Part shown: one piece after another, positions 56,201-63,932 of the stretch | How the letters are laid out: every line of letters starts with the position of its first letter | Position numbering within the stretch: the first letter of the stretch is position 1 | DNA from: Camelus dromedarius | Lineage: Eukaryota | Assembly: GCF_036321535.1 (NCBI RefSeq) | Contig: NC_087437.1 | Span: 58,468,001-58,532,000, forward strand | DNA: 64,000 nt | Reading direction: 5' to 3' | Translations under genes and position numbers: made by a program | Notes under the pieces: generated by a model | Database searches by the model: none | Told to the model about the DNA's origin: nothing | What the model saw: the letters and a program-made list of their open reading frames with translations, nothing else

Positions 56201-56413
56201 TCTTAAATTTGGAGAGAAAAAAGGTTCAATTTCTCTAGCCCCTGCAGTAGCCATGAATGGGCTTACCTTTAGGTCTGGCTTCCTTATGGCTCTGTTGATG
56301 ATATACTCCTCATCGGAGATGAGGGGGTGGTTGGGAGTGAGAGGAAATGTGCTGTTTAACGCAGACAGGTAGATCCACACTACCTTTTTCCAAGAGTAAG
56401 TCTGGAATTCATC
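2169..56413 (-). CDS. ATP13A4: ATP13A4 P5B-type ATPase (probable polyamine/cation transporter), multi-exon CDS, partial at both ends; 26 exons in window, 1021 codons
   Basis: All 26 exons have GT-AG boundaries with compatible phases and no in-frame stop. Motifs present: TGES, PPALP, DKTGT, KGAPE, TGDN, GDGAND. The translation closely matches my recollection of human ATP13A4 (e.g. [30 protein letters not shown]). Confidence 0.96.
3347..3540 (-). CDS. ATP13A4: ATP13A4 exon 27 (194 nt) [11 protein letters not shown]...[14 protein letters not shown] (luminal loop and M8)
   Basis: ttttag|TGCC ... AACT|gtgagt. Confidence 0.96.
3704..3784 (+). repeat. Compound (GATA/GACA/GAT)n microsatellite
   Basis: agatagatagatag, gatgatgatgat. 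Confidence 0.9.
3920..4042. mobile_element. Small DNA-transposon MITE (MER81-like)
   Basis: Termini tgaccgtata ... catggtcacccta are approximately inverted. Confidence 0.45.
4280..4451 (-). CDS. ATP13A4: ATP13A4 exon 26 (172 nt) [22 protein letters not shown]...QPWYSMEMH (M7)
   Basis: ttctag|TGAAT ... CACAG|gtatga. Confidence 0.96.
5163..5310 (+). mobile_element. tRNA-Ala-derived SINE (camelid Vic-1-like), long form
   Basis: tagctcaagtggtagag (A box), gggttcaatccc (B box), then AT-rich linker, aattacccccccc and A-rich tail. Confidence 0.88.
6378..7174 (+). mobile_element. 5'-truncated younger L1 3' end with two successive 3' termini; 16-bp TSD
   Basis: ORF2 C-terminus ([28 protein letters not shown]); TSD aaagaatcttttttta 6362-6377 / aaagaatcctttttta 7175-7190. 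Confidence 0.9.
8430..8950 (-). mobile_element. L2 fragment
   Basis: ggctagagatataaatttgggattcatcagcatataaatgacattaaagcc, typical reverse L2. Confidence 0.7.
9109..9791 (+). mobile_element. MER63-family hAT DNA transposon (longer derivative)
   Basis: Termini cagtggtggttgg ... gcataccactg; internal aaaggtaataaatactcaaaa. Confidence 0.75.
10661..10733 (-). CDS. ATP13A4: ATP13A4 exon 25 (73 nt) [24 protein letters not shown] (M6)
   Basis: tttcag|GAG ... ACAA|gtaaga. Confidence 0.96.
11677..12106 (+). mobile_element. MER63-family hAT DNA transposon (MER63B-like)
   Basis: cagtgatatgctg ... gagccagttatgtaacagttagcagcac; shares its 5' ~200 nt with the 9109 copy. Confidence 0.75.
12475..12571 (-). 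CDS. ATP13A4: ATP13A4 exon 24 (97 nt) [32 protein letters not shown] (M5)
   Basis: acacag|GGAA ... TGG|gtatga. Confidence 0.96.
13690..13900 (+). mobile_element. MIR SINE
   Basis: tgtgagcttggatacatcaattaagttctctgagcctcaatattt, MIR core. Confidence 0.65.
14461..14570 (-). CDS. ATP13A4: ATP13A4 exon 23 (110 nt) [36 protein letters not shown]
   Basis: tttcag|GCT ... ATCAA|gtaagt. Confidence 0.96.
14973..15015 (-). CDS. ATP13A4: ATP13A4 exon 22 (43 nt) [14 protein letters not shown]
   Basis: ttttag|TTAC ... GGG|gtaagt; hinge GDGAND. Confidence 0.96.
16161..16327. mobile_element. MER5-family hAT-Charlie MITE
   Basis: cagtagtgttctt...aaaaatactgatgtcc...cagaatctctgg...aagctcccaaggtgac...ttgagaaccagtg. 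Confidence 0.75.
16424..16503 (-). CDS. ATP13A4: ATP13A4 exon 21 (80 nt) [26 protein letters not shown]
   Basis: ttacag|ATA ... CTGGA|gtaggt; FARMxPxQK motif. Confidence 0.96.
17749..17871 (-). CDS. ATP13A4: ATP13A4 exon 20 (123 nt; 126 nt if the upstream CAG is used) [10 protein letters not shown]...SSLLPK
   Basis: ctcagcag|GAC ... AAG|gtaagt. Confidence 0.93.
18689..18852 (-). CDS. ATP13A4: ATP13A4 exon 19 (164 nt) [15 protein letters not shown]...KHMAYRNQ
   Basis: ttctag|GTGAC ... CAG|gtacac; completes TGDN. Confidence 0.95.
19185..21900 (+). mobile_element. Old L1 5' UTR/ORF1 remnants (at least two pieces)
   Basis: gtcagtgaacctgaagatagatcaatagaaattatacaatctgaggaacagag, aatttacagattcaagaagctc, ttctatacccaggcaagctatca. 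Confidence 0.75.
21076..21184 (+). mobile_element. Short L1 3' end with A tail inserted in the older L1
   Basis: caaggatgtactgtacaacacc...gtaataactgtaaatggagtgtaacctttaaaaattg + A-rich tail. Confidence 0.7.
22226..22551 (+). mobile_element. Young L1 3' end with 5' inversion; 12-bp TSD AAGAAATTTCAC
   Basis: TSD 22214-22225 / 22552-22563; body homologous to the copies at 49348 and 58701. Confidence 0.92.
22758..22910 (+). mobile_element. tRNA-Ala-derived SINE (Vic-1-like), long form
   Basis: A/B boxes, cttagcatg anticodon loop, tail aacctaattacc...cccccccaaaaag; imperfect TSD aataaaaatcaacat / aataaaaccaacat. Confidence 0.9.
23284..23408 (-). CDS. ATP13A4: ATP13A4 exon 18 (125 nt) [41 protein letters not shown]
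   Basis: ttctag|GGAC ... ACAG|gtatag. Confidence 0.96.
23873..24004 (+). repeat. (GAAAA/GGAAA)n pure-purine tract of about 130 nt
   Basis: Uninterrupted A/G run. Confidence 0.95.
25831..25852 (+). repeat. (AC)11 microsatellite
   Basis: Direct reading. Confidence 0.9.
26763..26801 (+). repeat. (GT)n(AT)n compound microsatellite
   Basis: Direct reading. Confidence 0.85.
28136..28247 (-). CDS. ATP13A4: ATP13A4 exon 17 (112 nt) [36 protein letters not shown]
   Basis: gaacag|TACC ... ATGAG|gtaaat. Confidence 0.95.
28500..29350 (-). mobile_element. L2 fragments
   Basis: aacaaacattgatttagagtctaccatgtgtcagg, gggcattctggctgaggg, gttgagtttgggatgtc. Confidence 0.65.
29384..29537 (-). CDS. ATP13A4: ATP13A4 exon 16 (154 nt) [21 protein letters not shown]...[15 protein letters not shown]
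   Basis: caccag|GTC ... ACAA|gtaagt; N-domain KGAPE. Confidence 0.96.
29766..29852 (-). CDS. ATP13A4: ATP13A4 exon 15 (87 nt) [29 protein letters not shown]
   Basis: aaatag|GAA ... CAG|gtaagc. Confidence 0.95.
30734..31078 (-). mobile_element. L1 3' end, same sense as ATP13A4
   Basis: T-rich tail, ttattgaagtacagtcattttacaatgtt, ggtaaccataagtttgttttctatgtctgtgagtctg; TSD-like tagggtg(t/c)tttt on both sides. Confidence 0.85.
31805..31955 (-). CDS. ATP13A4: ATP13A4 exon 14 (151 nt) [10 protein letters not shown]...[14 protein letters not shown]
   Basis: ctttag|CTTC ... TGG|gtaagc. Confidence 0.96.
35253..35314 (-). CDS. ATP13A4: ATP13A4 exon 13 (62 nt) [20 protein letters not shown]
   Basis: gtttag|ACA ... 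AATGG|gtgagt; completes DKTGT. Confidence 0.96.
36272..36470 (+). mobile_element. L1MB-like 3' end
   Basis: ttcagtttgggaaaatgggaagtcctggagatggacggcggtgatggttgcaca...tattttaccacaataaaa; flanking ccttcaatg duplicated. Confidence 0.8.
36640..37350. mobile_element. Old ERVL-type solo LTR containing a minus-strand L1 3' fragment (about 36700-36836)
   Basis: TG...CA-like ends (tgtatac...ggcaca); LTR-like ccttaatcatcccagggtcagg; L1 insert flanked by duplicated cttaagaa. Confidence 0.5.
37993..38181 (-). CDS. ATP13A4: ATP13A4 exon 12 (189 nt) [23 protein letters not shown]...CFDK (M4 and catalytic Asp)
   Basis: tcgcag|GAA ... GACAAG|gtatgt; P5B PPALP signature. Confidence 0.97.
38800..38957 (-). 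CDS. ATP13A4: ATP13A4 exon 11 (158 nt) [17 protein letters not shown]...LCVFVLSG (M3)
   Basis: tttcag|GATTC ... GGG|gtgagc. Confidence 0.96.
39813..39983 (-). CDS. ATP13A4: ATP13A4 exon 10 (171 nt) [12 protein letters not shown]...AVVLQT
   Basis: ctgtag|GAGAA ... ACGG|gttagt; completes TGES. Confidence 0.96.
40050..41330 (-). mobile_element. L2 fragments
   Basis: gagctggagatgcc...gtaggcagttagatat...gctcaggggagaggcc; tcaaatgcagcagataggcc. Confidence 0.65.
42358..42492 (-). CDS. ATP13A4: ATP13A4 exon 9 (135 nt) [44 protein letters not shown]
   Basis: tttcag|CTGG ... ACAG|gtatgg; A-domain VPGD/PCD motifs. Confidence 0.96.
42560..46490 (+). mobile_element. Cluster of old L1 (L1MC/L1ME-like) 3' regions
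   Basis: gagaaacctggcagacaccatttaac, caaatccaaactgagggacattctacaaaata, aaatttggcaacatctatcaaaatt; homologous blocks near 43530 and 45920. Confidence 0.7.
46635..46704 (-). CDS. ATP13A4: ATP13A4 exon 8 (70 nt) [23 protein letters not shown]
   Basis: ttccag|CAA ... AAAG|gtaagt. Confidence 0.95.
49348..49965 (+). mobile_element. Young 5'-truncated L1; 17-bp TSD AGAGAAGGGATTTTTTT
   Basis: ORF2 C-terminus plus 3' UTR; TSD 49331-49347 / 49966-49982; inserted in L2-like sequence. Confidence 0.92.
50946..51080 (-). CDS. ATP13A4: ATP13A4 exon 7 (135 nt) [45 protein letters not shown] (M1-M2)
   Basis: caacag|GTT ... AGAGAG|gtgagt. Confidence 0.96.
51203..51291 (-). mobile_element. tRNA-Ala-derived SINE, short form (tRNA head plus poly(A) only)
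   Basis: Reverse strand gggtatagctcagtggt...ggttcaatccccagtccctcca-tt-A12; TSD cccacacaa(a/t)attctt 51187-51202 / 51292-51307. Confidence 0.9.
51310..51515 (-). mobile_element. MIR SINE
   Basis: gatgaggaaactgagcc...ttgcccaagatcacacagc...ggacttgaacccaggc. Confidence 0.75.
52656..52725 (-). CDS. ATP13A4: ATP13A4 exon 6 (70 nt) [23 protein letters not shown]
   Basis: ccacag|GAGG ... AAAGAG|gtaatc. Confidence 0.95.
53583..53663 (-). CDS. ATP13A4: ATP13A4 exon 5 (81 nt) [27 protein letters not shown]
   Basis: attttag|CTCT ... ATTAG|gtacct; follows a 91-nt intron. Confidence 0.95.
   Translation of the reverse strand, partial: LFGRLAQFCQDTSKIWIRFNNRRTRD
53755..53825 (-). CDS. ATP13A4: ATP13A4 exon 4 (71 nt) [24 protein letters not shown]
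   Basis: ttttgtag|GTGAGA ... ATTGG|gtaagt. Confidence 0.95.
55915..56150 (-). mobile_element. MIR SINE
   Basis: gaggtaggtattacc...atgagaaaactgaggctc...ccaaggttgcaca...gatttgaa...tggctccaaa. Confidence 0.75.
56267..56413 (-). CDS. ATP13A4: ATP13A4 exon 3 (147 nt) [20 protein letters not shown]...RAIRKPDLK
   Basis: ttctcag|GAT ... CTAAAG|gtaagc; phase 0/0. Confidence 0.95.
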
Positions 56414-57865
56414 CTGAGAAAATAAACACCAAAACCCCCGGGAAATTCAGAGAAGTCATCAGGTTAAAATTCAACCTGAAAAGCATCATTTTAACATAAT
56501 TCTGTAAGTTTATGGAGTTAATAAACATTCTAGATAGAATGATATGCCTTTGAAAGCTGGTAGACCCAGAGCCTTGAGAGAAAAAACCTTGTCATCTCTT
56601 ACTGAGGAACTGGGATGTAAATATGAGGCACTGGCCTGAGTCATGAGGCAGAGTCTTCGGCAAGAGCTAGTTTTTCCTATTACCTTCCAACCATGGGACT
56701 ATGGCCAGATGCAAATTTCATACTGAAAAAAATTAAAAAAATAAAAAACCCAAAAACCAAGCAAGCATTCCAAAGTGTTTCTGTAGGTCTCAAAGGTTAA
56801 GAAACCAGGTCAGCTGAACCATGCCCATGTTTTGAGACTTGACTTCAATTCCACCTCTTCCAGAACAACCCTTTAACACTCTTTCATGGGGGTGGAAGCA
56901 GTGGGGGTGGGGGTCCTGTCACTATACTAACTCCAAAAGATTCTAAGACATCCGAGTGGATTTTATGTGTAGCATTTACCCATTCAGATAATAACCATTG
57001 TTAATATCACATCAGTTTGTAAGGGACCATTCCGGTCCCTGTTACTCTGCTGCTCCCTCTAGTTCTATTCAGTGATGGAGTCATCAGTGAATGGAAAAGG
57101 GACGTGGCTTCAATTAGGGTCATGCATGAAGGTAGCTTCCTAAATGATACCTGTGTTAACTTCTTGACAATTACACATGGGCATGTTCAGTTCATGAGTT
57201 CAGTCTTTTCCCCATTCATTCATCAGATTCTCACTGAGCGGTTGCATTTCTCCACATGGATGAGATATGAGGGACAGTAAAACACGGTCCTTACCTTCAA
57301 GATAAGCTAGGAGAACTAAGTGAATAATCCAAGGCAGAAGGTAATTGGGAGCACAAGAGAGGCCTGGTAAACTTCAGGAGCTAGGAAAAATGGCCAAGGA
57401 AGTCAAGCCTGGGAAACAATGTGGTGCCTGGGGAATAGAGGTCAGAGGTGAAGACTGTCTCCACCACACCCACTTCTGCCATGAAGAGTGTCTGAGCTGA
57501 CTCTGCAGAAAGCAGAGGGAAGGTACAGCAGGTGTTGATTCTCCTGCAGAGAAGCCCACCTCTATACCTTTGCTCTTGCTGCCTCCTTAGCCTGGAATGC
57601 ACATCCTTCTCTCTTCTCTTTATGTCTTCATGGGGCCAGATCCTAACTATCCATCAGGGTCTGGCTCAAAGTTCACATCATGGGAACCTCTCTAATTTCT
57701 CTGGGTGATCTTTCCTCTATATCATCAGGGTACTTGAGATGCTTACCACATCCTACCACACTGCATCCCCCTTTGCCCCTTCACCTTATGACTTCTCTTG
57801 GACTGTGGGTAGGGAATCATGTCTGGTGCATGTCTTGTGCTCCTGCCAGGCTCAGCACAGATTCT

Positions 57866-58040
57866 GAGAAAAGAAGAGAAGGAGAGTGAAGAGAGAAGCT
57901 CAGGGAGGGAGAGGAGGAGGTAAAGCACAGCCAAGGAAGTAGGGAGGAGAGTGGAATGAAGAGGAAGGGAGGGAAGCAAGGGAAGAGAAAGGAAGGAAAA
58001 GGAGAGAAAAAGGGGGAAGGAGAGGAGGGGAGGGAAGAAA
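57866..58040 (+). repeat. GA-rich low-complexity purine tract
   Basis: gaggaagggagggaag, ggaaggaaaaggagag, agggggaagg. Confidence 0.85.
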
Positions 58041-58359
58041 CCTTAGTAGAAAGTTGAAAGTTAATGAGTTAATTTTTAAAGTCGGTAAAATTGGCTCTTA
58101 CCTCATTTTAAAACAAATTACTAAATTGAATCAAATCAAATGTGCATGGAGTTACCTTCAGAGACTAAGAATGACCAAAGATGGCTACGTTTCCAATGAT
58201 CAAGCCACTGAACTGGTGGCCGTGTTTTGTATACTGTGGACTATGTGACCATCACCCCAGAGCACACCATGACGTAGCTCAGAAATACCTAGCTTTGCTT
58301 TTGAGCACATCGGTGGCTCATGTTATGAGAAGAACTTTGAGTTTCTAATACTAACAGTA

Positions 58360-58545
58360 ATAAAATAGTTAATATTTATTTAGCACTTACTATGTTCTAG
58401 GCACATAATGCTACATGTGTATGATCTCATTTAAAGCTCAAAAACCCTATGAGGTAGTTGCTGTTCATTCTCCTCCCCATTGTACAGGGGAGGAAACTAA
58501 GGCACAGTTGGTAACTATCAGGGCAGGGATTTGACATTCTCATCC
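58360..58545 (-). mobile_element. MIR SINE
   Basis: atttatttagcacttactatgttctaggcac...ccctatgaggtag...gaggaaactaaggcacag. Confidence 0.75.
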
Positions 58546-58700
58546 TGTAGCCCCTCCAGGGTCCCATCTTACCCTCTGCTCTAGTCTACATTTTGTTTAA
58601 AAATACAACTTGATTGGATTGCCATTATTATATCCAGCCTGAACTAAGATTGCCAAAGGACAAAGTTTCAGTGAAAAACTTGGTATGAAAAGCACATCAT

Positions 58701-59154
58701 ACTACTCAGCCATAAAAATCGACAACATAATGCCATTTGCAGCAACATGGATGCTCCTGGAGAATGTCATTTTAAGTGAAGTAAGCCAGAAAGAGGAAGA
58801 AAAATACCATATGAGATCGCTCATATGTGGAATCTAAAAAACAAAAACAAAGCGTAAATACAGGACAGAAATAGACTCATAAACAGAGAATACAGACTTG
58901 TGGTTGCCAGGGGGGCAGAGGGTGGGAAGGGATAGACTGGGATTTCAAAATTGTAGAATAGATAAACAAGATTATACTGTATAGCACAGGGAAATATACA
59001 AAAAATGTTATGATAACTCACAGAGAAAAAAATGTGACAATGAGTGTGTATATGTCCATGAATGACTGAAAAATTGTGCTGAACACTGGAATTTGACACA
59101 ACATTGTAAAATGATTATAAATCAATAAAAAAAAATGGTAAAAAAAAAAAAAAA
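58701..59154 (+). mobile_element. Young 5'-truncated L1; perfect 14-bp TSD GAAAAGCACATCAT
   Basis: TSD 58687-58700 / 59155-59168; A15 tail. Confidence 0.93.
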
Positions 59155-60999
59155 GAAAAGCACATCATTTGTAGGTAAATAAGAACACAAATGACAAAAG
59201 GAGCATCAGCACCAGAGACCTCGCGTCACCAAGTAAGGACGATGACGGAGATAACCTACTCTTGGTCCTCTTAAACGAAGCACATGATACTAACTACTAA
59301 ATTTCCAATGATTACTTAGCAGTTTATAAAAAACCTTCTGTGTCAGTTGTCTTCTTTTAGGATCACAATTCTCCAAAGTCAGTATTATCGTCTCCATTTT
59401 GCAGATGAGCAAACTGCCCACCCACAAGGCTACGAATTACCCAAGCCAGTCTGTTACGGGGAGTAAGAGAGAACAGAGACCTGAGACCAGGTCTTCCCAC
59501 CCTGAATCTCGGCTCCTTCCTCTCTGTTTCAACAAGTCATCCCATGGTTTGTGGCTCATGTATAAAAATCACCTTGAATTCTGCTCTGTGTAACAAACAG
59601 CATCCAGTTTCTCAGAATCTCTGATCTCCTGGCAACAGAGAATCTGATTCCTAAAATCCAGCTGTCACTCTCTGGCTCTGTTACAACCACAAACAGACCT
59701 CTGGACTGTCTCTAAAACAGGAAAGGCAAAGTGGAGCATTGGCACTCCCAAGTTCTCACGGGCCAGTGTTAATCCAATGTACCAACTGCATGCCTTAGTC
59801 TAGGTGAGTATTAAAAGATGAAATTCGTCTTGTTACAGTTGGTAGCATCACTAAATTGAAGAAGGTGCTTGGATATATTTGCCTCTAAACTCATTTCCTG
59901 TCATTCTCTTTTACCACCAGGGTCTTTTAACTCATAATTCTGCATAATGCAAAGTAGAATTCTTGAAGTTAAATAAAGATGCCACAGTGAAACATTTTTC
60001 CTAGAATAAGGCAGTATTCTTGACTTTTCTCTTATTCACTACCCTGTTAAAGACTGTAAAATCATCCATAGTTTTTAAAAAAACTCACCCACCTTTTTTG
60101 GGGGGCGAGGCAAAGAAGTGAAGGGACAGTGTGTCCCTAAGAAGTGGTCACTCGGGTGACATCATCAACTTCTCTGTTCAGCTTGGTGTTGTCCAGGATA
60201 GAAAGAGCACAGGCTCCTTTGTGAGTTCAAATCTCAGCTCCACACCATGTTGAAAAAAATCACTGCAATTCTCTGAACCTGATTTTTTTATCCAGGAAGT
60301 GGGGGGATAAAAGACGTGTCATGGATGTTTGAATGTTTGAAGGATTACATGCAGTAGCACTTAATGACCTGGCCCGGGGTGTGGCCCATAGCTGGGTGTG
60401 ACAACTGCTGGTGACAGAGCTGTACCCCACGTCCATAGTGTGTTGCTCTTGGGATCTATCTGTAAATAGAAACGTATTTTCCCTTTAAGGAAACTTTAGA
60501 GTTTCTAAGAGTCTATTTCTCTTTTCTGGAGAAGTCTATTTACCTGGAAAAGGCTATTTCCATTTCTATCTGTTTCCCAGCTCTCTCAAGCAGTTAATGA
60601 TCTTTAAAAGCCCTTAAATGCACCAGAAGAACCACCACTTACAGTAATTGCTTTGTAATGCAAATAGTCCAAATTGTTTGCCTGATAAATCTTGACTTTT
60701 TAACACCTCAAGTCTCATTGAATAGACTTTACCTCCTCTTTACCAAGAGAATTAACCAGATCTGCCTTTGAACTCTTAAAGAGGAGGACTTCAAATAATT
60801 TAAGAGTGGATTTCAAAGAACTGAATGTACACAGAAGACTTATGTTTGACCTGGACCGAAAGAGAATAGAGAAGCAAACTTGGGCTTTTTTTTAGTTCCC
60901 TGTGAACTTGAACTTTCTGAACCTGGGAATGCTAACTTTTATACTGAATAAAATGAGTGACCTTGCTTATTTTCCTTCAACTTTTTGCTATAACCTCCT

Positions 61000-63931
61000 C
61001 ATCTCTTGGAATTCAAAAGGAGTGTAATGGTCACTCCACAAAATGCAGTATTTCTGAGCTTGCCTTCAGAGGAAAACAGTAACCCATTGCACAGTTCTGG
61101 ACATATTAGGAAATCAGTATTTTTCACTTGGAGATGGATACACTGCCTTGGATCTGAGCAGGATCCTGACAAGAGCCCACTGTGGTCTGTCGTCTCCTCT
61201 GGGGCCCTGGAACTTGGTGGGAAGTCCTCCTGGACTGAAACCTCCCACCTTGGTGGAGGTTCTCATATATCTGGGGGTCCTCCGTTGCTGGCTGCTGTCC
61301 TCCAGGCTCGCTTCCCATTTTGTCTGTATTGTTCAGGTGGCCTCTGGGATTTGCTTCCCATTTTGTTTGGGTGGCTGACTTCTGCTTTTGGGATTTTGTT
61401 CACCATTTTTTTCCTGAATTTTCTTCTTATAACACTGAGATTAAGACCCTGCAGAAGGCAACAATAATTCTAAGGGCCTGATGAAAATGTCTATGGTTAT
61501 TATGGCCACTTTGAAAAAATATTAAAAAACAAATTCTGATCCTAAGGGAACAGAAGTGCTTCTAGGAGGAGCTTGCATCTCTCTCGCTGTACCTTTAGGA
61601 CATAAATGTTCTACCTGGTCTTCTCAGGAAACTCTTATCTAGGCCATCTCTAATTCCTAAGACCAAAAAACAAAGGAAAAGAGGCTTTTTAACTCAAACT
61701 GCTAAAAGGACTGTCTTGCTCAAACAGCCTCCTTGAAATTGTCTGTCAAAGGCAGATACAAATCTTATAGTCTTTCCCACACATAATATAAGAATTTGGT
61801 CCTATGAGGAAGGAGGCAGACATCATTTATTCCAATTGTTATTTATAAACTAGTGACTTTTTTGTTGTACCCAATTCATGACTAAAGTTTTAAAATGAAA
61901 ACTAGGAGAACTCTGTCTGTGTCTGCCTGGACATCTTTATGTCTCTGTATGCGCCTTAAAGACATCGTGTGTTTCTACCTTTGGGCAGAATTGCCAAATT
62001 AATCTGTAAAAGAGTTCTATTTAATTGGCTTAAAGAAAATTAAATACTCAAATTAATTCTCAGAAATATAGTAAAAACTAACCCAAATGAATTTCAGGTT
62101 TGTGTGATCTGGGAAATATTCTGTATTAAATTAATATTCAGTAGTAAAGGTAAAGTTTGTTTTAATTAATACAGACATGCCTTTAGAGTCATCAGCATTA
62201 TGTATAATATTTTTATTGTACCTAAGTTTACTAAAAGTCAAATAAGTTATCTCTGTTACAAAATTTGTCAGCAAGAAAAATAACTTGGTATGATATTTTC
62301 ATAAGTAAATTAAATAAATGTAGATGGGATAAGAGTTTTTAAGTAAACTCTTTTAAGAATAATTGTGTTGTATGATGTGTCTACCTCAAAATAGTTACCC
62401 CAAACCTTTTTGGAACTTGAAACTTTAGGGTCTTGCTAAATTAAGTTAAATGATGGAAATTTATTAAATATCTAGATAATTCCCAAATAAGATACTGAAA
62501 CACTAATTACTGAAGATAGGCCTCCTTTTACAGAGAAACTAAAGGTATTTGGGGACTATTAGTAAATATGTTTGGTTCTCTTCTATAAGAAAGCACAAGT
62601 TTTTAAAAATTATAAAAAGTAATTATAAATTTGCCAATCTAGATTGCTAATGCAAAAGTTCATAATTGCTTACTTCTTGATTTTTTACTAAAAATGAAGG
62701 TTTCTAAGGCTTAAATATTCTAATTAATATATGTAATTAAAACTACCAATATTAATAAGGACAATATTTTCATATTCAATGATATGTTTTTAAAGGTATA
62801 AAGATTAGAAAAGCATTTTTTTAAGGGAAAAGAAAATAATTTTGTCCAAAAGTTGATTATTTCTACATGGGAAAGAAAACAAAGGGCAAACTTAAACACA
62901 TATAGAAAGCCATAGAATGTTTGTAGGGAAAAAAAAATTTGGAAAGAATTTTATGTGCAGTCAAGACTGGCTAAGATTGGGATGAATTTAATTAAATGAA
63001 TAAATTTTAATATCAAAAGTAAGCTGGTGCAAAATTTGGTTTTTCTCTGTTAAAAGGACAAGGTTTTTCGAGATTATTGGTCTGGTCTTAATGAGAAAAT
63101 GTAAACAAGGATTCTCTTTACCTTTAATGTTATCTGTCTAGAAAACAAAGTTTCTACAATGTGTAGCTAAGGTTATTTATAACTATATAACCTTTTACAT
63201 TTGCCTATGAAGTCTTTAATTGTCATTTTGGTTAAATGAACAACTAAACATTGTTTCACAGTGATTTATGAGCCTACTTGTCCAAGTGTTTAAAAAAAAA
63301 AAAAGGCATTTGATATTTTTGACAAACTTCCCCAAATCAAATTCTAAATGAAGTCTTTTTAACTCAGAACTAACTTTGAGGTATGAGATGTTCCAGAAGA
63401 CCCCTGAGATAGCCCACAGATTTGTTCTTTGTCCTTATAAAAAGGGAGATGTTAAACAAATCAGGCTTGTTTGATCTGTTAAATTACATGGGAAGTGTTA
63501 TCAAATAAGAAGTAATACTGTCTTCTTTATGTTGTGTCTGGATAGGTATATACTGTAAGTGTTTCAGAAACTGAAATTTCTGGAAATCTAGTATGTCCTG
63601 GCATAATGTTATCAGGCATAATCCTAGTTATTAAATTAAAGTGTTGTATGCCACAGAAGAAACCTAATTCCCTTGTCAATTGCATTGTAACCATACCATT
63701 TAACTCTTTTATCAAGTACATATAGTTATTGTTTTACTCTGATGCTTTTATAAATACGTTTCATCTTTAGAGACATTCACATAAAGGACTCTGACACTTT
63801 CTCTAGAGGACAGGTTTCTGACAAACTTTCAGATCTTACTATTGAACTGGGTAAGAATTTATAGCACTCTAAAGAAGAAACAATGGCTTCATAAAACTGC
63901 TAGCAAAAAACCAAGCTCAAGAATCAATTCT
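61000..63931 (+). mobile_element. Probable class I ERV (MER4/MER34-group-like) leader and AT-rich internal non-coding region
   Basis: GC-richer leader-like block (about 61130-61400) followed by AT-rich sequence with motifs I recall from ERV1 internals (aaaatttgtcagcaag, gaaacactaattactgaa, ttgacaaacttccccaaatcaaattc). No clear PBS or coding ORF; 5' edge uncertain. Confidence 0.55.
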
Positions 63932-63932
63932 A

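Noticed and set aside
61006..61467. 153-aa ORF as retroviral gag or env
   Set aside because: Non-ATG start, no major homology region, zinc knuckle or env motifs; it lies in leader-like sequence.
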